Assembly (NCBI GenBank): GCA_947629405.1
Contig: CANRDL010000004.1
Span: 4,098-68,097, forward strand
DNA: 64,000 nucleotides
Direction of reading: 5' to 3'
From: an uncultured Bacilli bacterium
GTDB taxonomy: Bacteria; Bacillota_I; Bacilli_A; RF39; UBA660
Shown: positions 38,545 through 46,965 of the stretch, piece after piece
Layout: each line of letters starts with the position of its first letter
How positions within the stretch are numbered: position 1 is the first letter of the stretch
Translations under genes and position numbers: made by a program
The notes under the pieces: model-generated
What the model was told of the DNA's origin: nothing
Database searches by the model: none
Seen by the model: the letters and a program-made list of their open reading frames with translations, nothing else

Positions 38545-39765
38545 ATGAATAATACTTTAGCTGATGTATTTGAGGTAAAAAATAATAATGATTACAATAA
38601 TGTATCTGATTATGATGCTTTTAAAGATAAGAAATTATTAAATGAAATTCGCGTTAATATTTTAACAAATATTTCTGATATTAATGAGGATTCATTAACA
38701 CAAGATTTAATAAATGGAATTGTTGAAAAAGAGTTAAATAAACATGATTTATCTAATTTAGAAAGAAGCTACGTTTATAATTTAATTGATAATGAGGTAA
38801 ATGGTTGTGGACCGATTACTGAATTATTAAAAGATCCTATTATTTCCGAAATAATGGTTAATAGTCCAAGTGAAATTTATATTGAATCTAATGGGAAAAT
38901 ATTAAAAGATGACAGTGTGTCTTTTATAGATGATAATCATATAATTAGAACGGTTAATAAATTAATTGAAGATACTAATTTAATTTTAGACTTAGAACAT
39001 CCTTTAATTGATACCAGAATTAAAGATGGTTCACATATAAATGCTGTCATTCCCCCAATATCTGTAAAGGGACCAATATTTACAATTAAAAAAGTAAATA
39101 AAAATATTATGAATATAAATGATTTAATTAGATTAGGTACTTTAACTTCCAAAATGGCTAATTTTTTAGAAGAGGCCGTAAAATCTAAATTAAATATCAT
39201 AGTTTGTGGTAATTCAAATAGTGGTAAAAATACATTATTAAATATTTTATGTGGTTTTATTCCTGAAGATGAAAGAATTGTAACAATTGAAGATAATGCT
39301 TTTTTGAGTTTATCTCAAAAAAATGTTGTCGCTTTAGAAGAAAATAATATTAACAAAAAAAATTATAATTCTAATTTAATAACATTAGCTAAAAAATTAA
39401 AACCTAATAGGGTAATAATTGGTGGAATTAATAAAGAAAATACATTTGATATTTTACAATTAATGAATACTGGTTTTTGTACTATGACATCAATGCATGC
39501 TGGAAGTGTTAAAGATGTCTTATCAATAATTTCTACTAATGTTTTATTAAATGGTATAGATGTACCAAGTAGTGTTATAAAAGAGTATATGTGTTCAGGA
39601 ATTGATTTAATTGTCAATATCGATATTTTAAAAGATGGAAGTAGAAAAGTTACTTCAATAAGCAAAATTATAAAAACAAATGGTGTATTTCAAATTGCTG
39701 AAATTTTTGCATATAAGAAAAATAAAAATGATGAAAATGGCGAATTTGTAAGTTATAAATTATAA
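38545..39765 (+). CDS. CpaF/TadA-family secretion ATPase homologue with substituted catalytic motifs
   Basis: 406 aa, collinear with CpaF. Walker A is GNSNSGKN (Asn where T/S is expected). The Walker B region is PNRVIIGGINK versus canonical PDRIIVGEVRG. The His box is NTGF versus NTGH. The Asp-box is TIEDNAFL versus TIEDxAEL. Confidence 0.7.
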   Translation: MNNTLADVFEVKNNNDYNNVSDYDAFKDKKLLNEIRVNILTNISDINEDSLTQDLINGIVEKELNKHDLSNLERSYVYNLIDNEVNGCGPITELLKDPIISEIMVNSPSEIYIESNGKILKDDSVSFIDDNHIIRTVNKLIEDTNLILDLEHPLIDTRIKDGSHINAVIPPISVKGPIFTIKKVNKNIMNINDLIRLGTLTSKMANFLEEAVKSKLNIIVCGNSNSGKNTLLNILCGFIPEDERIVTIEDNAFLSLSQKNVVALEENNINKKNYNSNLITLAKKLKPNRVIIGGINKENTFDILQLMNTGFCTMTSMHAGSVKDVLSIISTNVLLNGIDVPSSVIKEYMCSGIDLIVNIDILKDGSRKVTSISKIIKTNGVFQIAEIFAYKKNKNDENGEFVSYKL

Positions 39766-39795
39766 AATAAGTTAATAAAAAGAAAGGAGAAATCT

Positions 39796-40791
39796 ATGAA
39801 TTTAAAAATATTAATAGTATTATTTATTGCTTTAATAATGATTATCTATTTATTAAAAAATTGGATAGATGTAAAAAAAATTAATAAATATGAAAATAGA
39901 TTTTCTCTTTTTTCTTATGGATTAAATCAGGATGAAAATTTAAAATATTATGAAAGACTTAAATATTATTTTATTAAACATTTAAAAATTATCTCTGTTG
40001 TTTTAGAAAAATTTAAATTTTTTAGAAAATATTCAAATAAATATAAGAAATTTGAAAATTCTAAAAGTGACATGAAAAAAATAGATTATGTTTCTTTAAA
40101 ATTTTTTATTACTTTGGTATTTTTATTTTTGGTAATTATATTTAATATTTTTAAAATACTACCTTATTCATTAATTTTAAGTTTATTTATTATAATATTT
40201 GGCTTTTATTTTTTAGATATTATTCTCTTACTTAAATATCATAAAATTAAAATAGATTTAGAAAGTGATTTATATAAAGCCATCCAAATTATAAATACTA
40301 ATTTAAAAACCAAGAGTATAACTACTTCAATTTTGGAAGTGACTAAAAAATTAGATGGCCCAATAAAAAATGAATTTAAAATAATATATAAGGAATTGAA
40401 AAGGGGCATTTCAGTTGATGAAGCTTTTAAAAAATTTTACAAGAAATATAAAATTAAAATGGTTAAAAACATTTATTTACTTATTATAATGACTGATGAT
40501 AATAATTCCAATTACCAAGAATTATTTTCGAATCTAGAACTTCGTTTAAAAGAACAAGAAAAATTTGTTGATAGTATGTCTCTTTCCAAAGTTACGACCT
40601 TAATCTTATTTTTATTTTTTTCTATATTACCAATTTTGATGATAATAATAATATTGAATATAAAGAAAACTTACTTTGATGCTTTTTTTAATACTTATGC
40701 CGGAATAATTAGTTTAATAGTATTGCTTGCAATATATATTGTATATATAAGAGAAATGATAAAATTGATTGGTGATGATGATTATGAGTAG
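39796..40791 (+). CDS. TadB-like type II secretion system F-domain membrane protein
   Basis: 331 aa. N-terminal TM, a central TM pair, a T2SSF-like helical domain (LYKAIQIINTNLKTKSITTSILEV...ELKRGISVDEAFKKF), and C-terminal TMs. Confidence 0.6.
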   Translation: MNLKILIVLFIALIMIIYLLKNWIDVKKINKYENRFSLFSYGLNQDENLKYYERLKYYFIKHLKIISVVLEKFKFFRKYSNKYKKFENSKSDMKKIDYVSLKFFITLVFLFLVIIFNIFKILPYSLILSLFIIIFGFYFLDIILLLKYHKIKIDLESDLYKAIQIINTNLKTKSITTSILEVTKKLDGPIKNEFKIIYKELKRGISVDEAFKKFYKKYKIKMVKNIYLLIIMTDDNNSNYQELFSNLELRLKEQEKFVDSMSLSKVTTLILFLFFSILPILMIIIILNIKKTYFDAFFNTYAGIISLIVLLAIYIVYIREMIKLIGDDDYE

Positions 40792-41236
40792 AAAAAAATT
40801 AACTAGTTTAGAATATCAAGGTTATTATTTTACTGAAGCGTTATTAGTGAATTTACAAACTAATAATTTAATTAATTCTCTTTATTATGTTTGTAATCAT
40901 ATTGATTGTAAATTATCTAAAGAAATTTATAAAGCTTTAAAAGGCCTTGAAAATGGTATGAATTTTAAAGAAAGTTTCACTAATTTAAAAAATAAATTTC
41001 AATCAAAATATATCATAAATTTAATTAATTTATTAATTAAAAATAAACAAAAAGAAAAAACATTATATAAAGAATTAAGCGAATTTTGCACTAAATATTC
41101 TAAAGATATAATAATAAATGAAAAGAATAAAAGTAATGATTTACCTCTAAAAATTGCTATATTTTCTATGTTATTTATTGTTCCAATAATAATTTTAATA
41201 ATAAGTTTACCTATAATTATTGAAAAGTTTTTTTAA
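40784..41236 (+). CDS. TadC-like T2SSF-domain membrane protein (short)
   Basis: About 150 aa. Helical domain (ALKGLENGMNFKESFTNL) and a C-terminal TM. Overlaps the upstream gene by 8 nt. Confidence 0.5.
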   Translation: MSRKKLTSLEYQGYYFTEALLVNLQTNNLINSLYYVCNHIDCKLSKEIYKALKGLENGMNFKESFTNLKNKFQSKYIINLINLLIKNKQKEKTLYKELSEFCTKYSKDIIINEKNKSNDLPLKIAIFSMLFIVPIIILIISLPIIIEKFF

Positions 41237-41271
41237 AATATGTTACAATAGTTATAGAAAGGTCTAATATT

Positions 41272-41826
41272 ATGAAGAAAAACAAAAACAAAAATAAAAA
41301 TAAATTAAATCAAAAAATATTTATTTTGATAATTATACTTATATTTGTAATTGTTGGGTCAATTACATTAACATATGGTTTTTATGCATCTAAATTTGAT
41401 ACTAAAATAAGTCCTGTTAATATTAGTTCAACCGTTAAAAATTTTTCATTAGATTATTCTGAAGGAACTCCAACAATAAATGAACCTGATATTTTACCGG
41501 GATGGTCTGCTAAAAAAACTGTTACTATTACTAATTCAAATAGTTCATCAGCAACTTACAGTTTAGTATTTAAAAAACTTTCAAATGGCTTTACAAATGG
41601 AGACTTAGTATATTCTGGAACTTGTAAATCTGGGGGAGCTACTGTTAAAACAATTTCTGAAACTGCTGTACCAGCAAGTGGTACTGATTTGAAAATTGCT
41701 GAAAGTATAGCTATAGATGGAAGTGCCACTCATACATGCGATATAACTTTTAAATTTAAAGAAACTAATAGTGATCAAAGTACTAATAAAGGTAAAACAT
41801 TTACTGCTACATTAGGAATTGCCTAA
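41272..41826 (+). CDS. Secreted/anchored beta-rich protein with TasA/camelysin-like (SipW-type) N-terminal signal motif; candidate fibre subunit
   Basis: 184 aa. KN-repeat N-terminus and an h-region ending GSITLTYGFYASKFDT (compare the TasA-class GGTFAYFSD). S/T/N-rich body with PGWSAKKTVTITNSN, like TasA's PGDK...ENNGS strand. Terminal gene of the Tad-like operon. Confidence 0.4.
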   Translation: MKKNKNKNKNKLNQKIFILIIILIFVIVGSITLTYGFYASKFDTKISPVNISSTVKNFSLDYSEGTPTINEPDILPGWSAKKTVTITNSNSSSATYSLVFKKLSNGFTNGDLVYSGTCKSGGATVKTISETAVPASGTDLKIAESIAIDGSATHTCDITFKFKETNSDQSTNKGKTFTATLGIA

Positions 41827-41832
41827 AAATAA

Positions 41833-41864
41833 AAAATACAAATTTAAATATTTGTATTTTTTTT
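41833..41864 (+). terminator. Rho-independent terminator of the Tad-like operon
   Basis: AAAATACAAAT-ttaaat-ATTTGTATTTT followed by a T-run. Confidence 0.65.
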
Positions 41865-41911
41865 GACATTTTTTTTTAACAAAAAGATATATATTTTATT
41901 TGGTGATGCCT

Positions 41912-42751
41912 ATGATTGTATATGTTGATTTAGTATTTTTCCTTAATTTTGCTTTTGATTTTTTATTAATGCTTTCAACAACTTTAATTTTAAAAAAAAA
42001 TATTAAATTAAGATATTTATTACTATCAGCATTAGTTGGATCAACATCACTAATATTTTTATTTATAAAATTAAATAGTTTAGAATTATTTTTAGTAAAG
42101 TTAATAATTAGTATCATTATGATACTTATATCTTTTTCGCTAAAAGAATTTTTTAATGCTTTTAAAACATTATATTTAGTTAGTATTATTTTAGGAGGAT
42201 TTTTATATTTTTTATCAATAACTTTCAGTTATAAAAACGAGGGATTAATCTTTTATTATGATAAATTTAGTATTAATTTTATAGTTTTATTAATAATTTC
42301 ACCCATTTGTTTATATATTTATATTAAGAATATAAAAAAATATAGAGAAGAATATAAAGATATTTATGAAGTTGATTTAATATTTAAAAATAATAAATCG
42401 CTAAAATTAACGGCTTTTTTAGATACAGGGAATAAGCTTGTCGATCCCTATTTCAATAAACCAATTGTCTTAGTTTATAAAGATGTCTTAAAAAAATTTA
42501 TTCCTAAAAATATAATATATGTTCCTTATAACAGTTTGAATAATTCTGGCATATTAAAATGTTTTGCTATTAAAAAATTAATTATAAAAGATGTTGGAGA
42601 ATTTAAAAATTTATTAATAGGAATAAGTGAAGATGATTTTTTAATAAATAATGTTTCAGTAATACTCAATCAAAAAATATGGAAGGAGAAGAAAAATGAT
42701 ATTAAAAAGAATAAAAAATTATTTATTTTTAAGAAAATTAAGGAAAAATAA
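41912..42751 (+). CDS. spoIIGA: Sigma-E processing peptidase SpoIIGA
   Basis: N-terminus MIVYVDLVFFLNFAFDFLLML matches the SpoIIGA start. Five TM. Aspartic protease motif FLDTGNKLVDP. Immediately followed by sigE. Confidence 0.9.
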   Translation: MIVYVDLVFFLNFAFDFLLMLSTTLILKKNIKLRYLLLSALVGSTSLIFLFIKLNSLELFLVKLIISIIMILISFSLKEFFNAFKTLYLVSIILGGFLYFLSITFSYKNEGLIFYYDKFSINFIVLLIISPICLYIYIKNIKKYREEYKDIYEVDLIFKNNKSLKLTAFLDTGNKLVDPYFNKPIVLVYKDVLKKFIPKNIIYVPYNSLNNSGILKCFAIKKLIIKDVGEFKNLLIGISEDDFLINNVSVILNQKIWKEKKNDIKKNKKLFIFKKIKEK

Positions 42752-43391
42752 AGTTTATTATGTAGGTAGTAGTAATATGTTACCACCACCTCTAAGTAAA
42801 GAGGAAGAATTAGAATATTTAAAAAAATCTTTTAATGGAGATAATAAAGCAAAAGACAAACTTATTGAACACAATTTGCGATTAGTTGTTTTTCTCGCTA
42901 AAAAATATGAAAATACTGGCTATGATATAGAAGATTTAGTAAGTATTGGTTCAATTGGTTTAATAAAGGGAATAAACACTTATAAAATAGATAAAAACAT
43001 TAAATTAGCCACTTATGCATCCCGTTGTATTTCTAATGAAATATTAATGTTTTTAAGAAAAAACAAAAACAAAAAATCAGAAATAAGTTTTGAGGATGCC
43101 CTAAATTATGATGCTGAGGGAAATGAATTGCATCTTGAAGATATTTTAGGAACTGATTGTGATATTGTTATTAAAGAATTTGAAGAGAAGATGAACAAAG
43201 ATGAATTAGAAAAAGAAATTAATTCTTTAAATAAAAGAGAAAAACAAATCATGATATTAAGATATGGTCTTAATAACACTAAAGAATATACACAGAAAGA
43301 AGTGGCTGAAATGCTCGGTATCAGTCAATCTTATATATCAAGAATTGAGAAAAAAGTTATTCGAAGATTAAAATGTACTATGAATAGTTAG
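42696..43391 (+). CDS. sigE: Sporulation sigma factor SigE (pro-sigma-E)
   Basis: 231 aa. Pro-sequence plus VYYVGSSNMLPPPLSKEEE (B. subtilis has VYYIGGSEALPPPLSKDEE). Regions 2 and 4 are present. GGAAGGAGAAG RBS. Confidence 0.92.
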   Translation: MILKRIKNYLFLRKLRKNKVYYVGSSNMLPPPLSKEEELEYLKKSFNGDNKAKDKLIEHNLRLVVFLAKKYENTGYDIEDLVSIGSIGLIKGINTYKIDKNIKLATYASRCISNEILMFLRKNKNKKSEISFEDALNYDAEGNELHLEDILGTDCDIVIKEFEEKMNKDELEKEINSLNKREKQIMILRYGLNNTKEYTQKEVAEMLGISQSYISRIEKKVIRRLKCTMNS

Positions 43392-43570
43392 TTTTAATCT
43401 TTTTTTATTATAGTAGTTACATCATTTTTCTATTTGATATAAATTTTTCTTTTTTATATCACTCCTAGTTTATAATATGTTTACTAATGTAAACTAAGTA
43501 GTTCAATTGTTTATTTACTTGTTAAAATAGCTAATTAATGGTACAATAACCTTGTATTTGAGGTGATTAT

Positions 43571-43819
43571 ATGGATAAAACAACACTTTTTGATGTTTCA
43601 ATAATTAAAAACGAATTAGTTGCTAAAACTTTAAATGAAGTTTTTGAAGCATTAAGTGAAAGAGGTTATAATCCTGTCAATCAATTAGTAGGATATCTAA
43701 TAAGTGGAGATCCTGGTTATATTTCTTCTTATAAAAATGCTCGTAATAAAATAATTGATTTAGATCGTACAGAGATTATCCAAATTTTATTAGAGTTTTA
43801 TTTAGAAAATAAGAAATGA
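43571..43819 (+). CDS. IreB/UPF0297 family protein (YrzL)
   Basis: 82 aa. GYNPVNQLVGYLISGDPGYISS is the family signature. yrzL-yrrK-yrzB synteny. Confidence 0.85.
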   Translation: MDKTTLFDVSIIKNELVAKTLNEVFEALSERGYNPVNQLVGYLISGDPGYISSYKNARNKIIDLDRTEIIQILLEFYLENKK

Positions 43820-44238
43820 GATATTTAGGTCTAGATTTAGGGACAAAAACAATGGGGGTAGCAATATCAGATAAATCTAATACTATTTCGACATCGTTAA
43901 AAACAATAAATTATCAAAATTATGATGAGTTAATTTTAGAAATAGAAAAGATTGTTAAAAAATATGATATTACTACTTTTGTTTTAGGTTATCCTAAAAA
44001 TATGAATAACACTGTTGGAATAAGAGCCGAAGAAACAAATAAATTTAAAAATAGATTAGAAAATTATTTTTCTTTGCCAGTTGTTTTAATGGATGAAAGA
44101 CTATCAACAGTTGAAGCAGAAAATGTTTTGATAAGTGCTGATTTATCTAGAAAAAAAAGAAAAAAAGTAATTGATAGTATGGCCGCTTCAATTATTTTAG
44201 ATACATATCTTAGGAGGATTAAAAATGGAAGAAAGTAA
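43816..44238 (+). CDS. ruvX: Putative pre-16S rRNA nuclease / Holliday junction resolvase-like RuvX (YqgF/YrrK)
   Basis: 140 aa. MRYLGLDLGTKTMGVAISD, plus DERLSTVEA and a C-terminal AASIILDTYL. Confidence 0.9.
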   Translation: MRYLGLDLGTKTMGVAISDKSNTISTSLKTINYQNYDELILEIEKIVKKYDITTFVLGYPKNMNNTVGIRAEETNKFKNRLENYFSLPVVLMDERLSTVEAENVLISADLSRKKRKKVIDSMAASIILDTYLRRIKNGRK

Positions 44239-44506
44239 AAATACCTTTGTTATTGAAAATGATCAAGGTGAAAAAATTGAGTGTAGTGTTTTATTTACAT
44301 TTGATTCTAAAGAGACAAATAAAAGTTATATAGTTTATACTGATAATACAAAAGACGAAGCAGGTAATATTAAAGTATATGCATCAATTTATGACCCATC
44401 AGGAAAAGATAAAGCTTTAACACCAATAAAAACTGAAGAAGAATGGAAAGTCGTTGAAGATTTATTAGCATCTCTTCAAGAGCAAACTAATGGGACGAAA
44501 GAATAA
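44225..44506 (+). CDS. DUF1292 protein (YrzB-like)
   Basis: 93 aa. ECSVLFTFDSKETNKSYIVYTDN...VYASIYDP is the DUF1292 pattern. Conserved position. Confidence 0.8.
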   Translation: MEESKNTFVIENDQGEKIECSVLFTFDSKETNKSYIVYTDNTKDEAGNIKVYASIYDPSGKDKALTPIKTEEEWKVVEDLLASLQEQTNGTKE

Positions 44507-45551
44507 AAGATTAAAAAGATGGGTAAAAATATTGATTACAATAATTTCTATTATTTTATGTTTAATAATAGTAGGAATAATAAGTTTTATTATATTATTA
44601 AAGCCAGTTACAAATAACAAAAAGGAAATTATATTTAAAATTAAAAATGGCTCAAGTAGAACCGACATAGTTAAAAATTTGAAAAAAAATAATTTAATTA
44701 GAAGTGAATATGCTACATTATTTTATTTATTTTTAAATAGAGATATGATATTAATGGATGGAACATATATATTATCGCCATCTATGTCTACACGCGATAT
44801 TATGTATAATTTATCTACGGGTAAAAATGAAGAAAATAAAGGAATTACTTTAACATTTGTGGAAGGGAAAAGATATACTACTTACATAAAATCAATTTGT
44901 GAAACTTTTTCTTTTAACTATAATGAAGTAATAAATAAATTAAATAATGAAAATTATTTAAATTCATTGATTGCTAAATATTCATTTTTAACTAACGATA
45001 TTCTTAATAGTGATATATATTATCCTTTAGAAGGCTATTTATATCCTGATACTTATACCTTCAAAAAAACTGCCACTATTGAGGAAATAGTAGAGAAAAT
45101 GTTAGATAATTTTTCTAAACATTTAAATGAATTAAATTATCAAAATTCTCAATATAATATTCATCAATTAGTGACTTTAGCATCAATTGTTGAACTAGAA
45201 GGTAATGACAGTAAATCAAGAAAAGATATTGCTGGTGTATTTTACAATAGATTAAATAATAATATGAATTTAGGTAGTGATATAACAACTTACTATGGTT
45301 CACAAAAAAAATTATCTGATACTTTAACTGCCGCAGAATTTAATGAAATAAATGCTTATAATACGAGAGCAATATCCAAAAAGGGTTTACCAGTTGGCCC
45401 AGTATGTAATGTATCTTCATCATCATTAGATGCTGTTTTAAATCCTAATAAAAGTGATTACTTATATTTTTATGCCGATAAAAATGGAAATATATATTAT
45501 GCTCATACTTATGAAGAACATCTTCAAATTATAAATTCTTTAAGGAAGTGA
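44490..45551 (+). CDS. mltG: Endolytic murein transglycosylase MltG (YceG/YrrL)
   Basis: 353 aa. N-terminal TM, a LysM-like segment (FKIKNGSSRTDIVKNLKKNNLI), catalytic region LASIVELEG, and YNTR...GLPVGPV. Confidence 0.9.
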   Translation: MGRKNKRLKRWVKILITIISIILCLIIVGIISFIILLKPVTNNKKEIIFKIKNGSSRTDIVKNLKKNNLIRSEYATLFYLFLNRDMILMDGTYILSPSMSTRDIMYNLSTGKNEENKGITLTFVEGKRYTTYIKSICETFSFNYNEVINKLNNENYLNSLIAKYSFLTNDILNSDIYYPLEGYLYPDTYTFKKTATIEEIVEKMLDNFSKHLNELNYQNSQYNIHQLVTLASIVELEGNDSKSRKDIAGVFYNRLNNNMNLGSDITTYYGSQKKLSDTLTAAEFNEINAYNTRAISKKGLPVGPVCNVSSSSLDAVLNPNKSDYLYFYADKNGNIYYAHTYEEHLQIINSLRK

Positions 45552-45556
45552 TAAAA

Positions 45557-46153
45557 ATGAAAGATATAATTTTAGAAATGGAAAGATATGCAATTGCTAA
45601 CAATGTTCCAATTATTGAAAAAGATTCAATAGCCTTTATTATGAGATATATTAAAATGAATAATGTAAAAAATATTTTAGAAATAGGCTCCGCAATTGGT
45701 TATTCGGCTATTTTAATGGCTTCAACTGATCCTGATATTAAAGTTACTACGATAGAAAAAGATGAAAGTCGTTATATGGAATGTTTAAAAAATGTCAAGA
45801 AATGCAATTTTGAAGAAAAAATTGAAGTTGTTTACCAAGATGCTTTAGATGTCAATTTATCTGATGTTTCTTATGATTTAATCTTTATTGATGCTGCTAA
45901 AGGTCAATATACGAAATTTTTTGAAAAATTTAAGTATTTTTTAAAACCAAATGGTAGTATAATTTCTGATAACATTAATTTTCATGGTTATGCAAACGGT
46001 GAAAAAGAAGCAACTACGAAAGGTTTAAAAGGAATTGTAACTAAATTAAAAAGTTATAGAGAATATTTGGAAAATAACGAAGAATTTACCACTAAATTTA
46101 TTGATATTGGAGATGGACTTGCGATAAGTTTCCGTGATAATAATGGAAAATAA
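45557..46153 (+). CDS. SAM-dependent O-methyltransferase, YrrM/TrmR-like (tRNA 5-hydroxyuridine methyltransferase)
   Basis: About 198 aa. SAM motif ILEIGSAIGYSA and FIDAAKGQY. Position before the two U32 genes as in B. subtilis yrrM. Confidence 0.8.
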   Translation: MKDIILEMERYAIANNVPIIEKDSIAFIMRYIKMNNVKNILEIGSAIGYSAILMASTDPDIKVTTIEKDESRYMECLKNVKKCNFEEKIEVVYQDALDVNLSDVSYDLIFIDAAKGQYTKFFEKFKYFLKPNGSIISDNINFHGYANGEKEATTKGLKGIVTKLKSYREYLENNEEFTTKFIDIGDGLAISFRDNNGK

Positions 46154-46964
46154 AATAAATAAATTTCTTATATTAATTAATGATTTAAAAGATATTAATA
46201 CTTATAAAAAAATGGGTATTAATAATTTTGCGGTCTATTTAAAAGACTTTTCTATTGGATATGAAAAAACATATACATTTAAGGACATAATCAATTTTGA
46301 TAATGTCTTTATTGTTATGAACAAAATTTTATCGACAAAAGAAATAGAAGAAGCTAAAAAGGTTTTAGGAAATATACCTTCTAATGTTGCTGGAATAATC
46401 ATATCAGATTTAGGACTTTATAATTTTTTGAAAAATAAAAAAGTAAATGTTATTTTAAATTTAAGACATTTAGGTACTAATAGTTCTTCTATTAATTATT
46501 TTTTAAAAATGGGTTTTAAAAGTTATATTCTGGCTAATGAAATTACTTATAAAGAGATTGAAAAAATATCAAGTAATTGCATTAAACCAATTATATTAGA
46601 AATTTTTTCCTATAATTTAGTAAGTTATTCCCGACGATATTTAATTACTAATTATAATAATTATTATAAAGAAAATTTAGCTAAAAATATAATTATAAAA
46701 GATAAAATTAGTAATGAATCTTTTAAAGTTATAGAAGAAAAAGAAAATGGAACAATATTTTTAAGTGATAAAATATATAATGGTTTAAAATTATTAGATA
46801 TTGATAATGTTTTATTTTATTTTATTAATACTAGTTTTATCGATACTAAATATATTATAAATATGCTAAAAGATTTAAAAGAAAATAAAATACCTAAGAT
46901 ACCTAATTCTAATGAAGGTTTTCTTTTTAAAGATACCATTTATAAGGTCAAAAGGGGTGAATAA
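46143..46964 (+). CDS. Peptidase U32-family paralogue (YrrN position) lacking the U32 Cys signature
   Basis: About 273 aa, TIM-barrel-like U32 layout. The segment aligned to the signature reads EIFSYNLVSYSRRYLITN. There is only one Cys in the whole protein. Confidence 0.6.
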   Translation: MENKINKFLILINDLKDINTYKKMGINNFAVYLKDFSIGYEKTYTFKDIINFDNVFIVMNKILSTKEIEEAKKVLGNIPSNVAGIIISDLGLYNFLKNKKVNVILNLRHLGTNSSSINYFLKMGFKSYILANEITYKEIEKISSNCIKPIILEIFSYNLVSYSRRYLITNYNNYYKENLAKNIIIKDKISNESFKVIEEKENGTIFLSDKIYNGLKLLDIDNVLFYFINTSFIDTKYIINMLKDLKENKIPKIPNSNEGFLFKDTIYKVKRGE

Positions 46965-46965
46965 T

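Noticed and set aside
38937-39665. Two minus-strand ORFs (38937-39200, 39363-39665) inside the TadA-like gene
   Set aside because: They are nested antisense to a gene that is collinear with CpaF over its full length, and they are hydrophobic low-complexity translations. I checked them specifically, because the ATPase looks degenerate, but they give no alternative coherent gene.
41275-41304. Hexanucleotide repeats (AAAAAC)2(AAAAAT)2 encoding KNKNKNKNK at the 5' end of the TasA-like gene as a phase-variation tract
   Set aside because: The repeat unit is a multiple of 3, so slippage would only change the number of KN dipeptides and not the reading frame. The copy number is also low.
41862-41868. 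TTTGACA as a Spo0A box (reverse 0A box TTCGACA) in front of spoIIGA
   Set aside because: It is a single 6/7 match that is also simply a -35-like hexamer in a T-rich terminator tail. Two or more boxes would be expected for a spoIIG-type promoter, so the evidence is insufficient.
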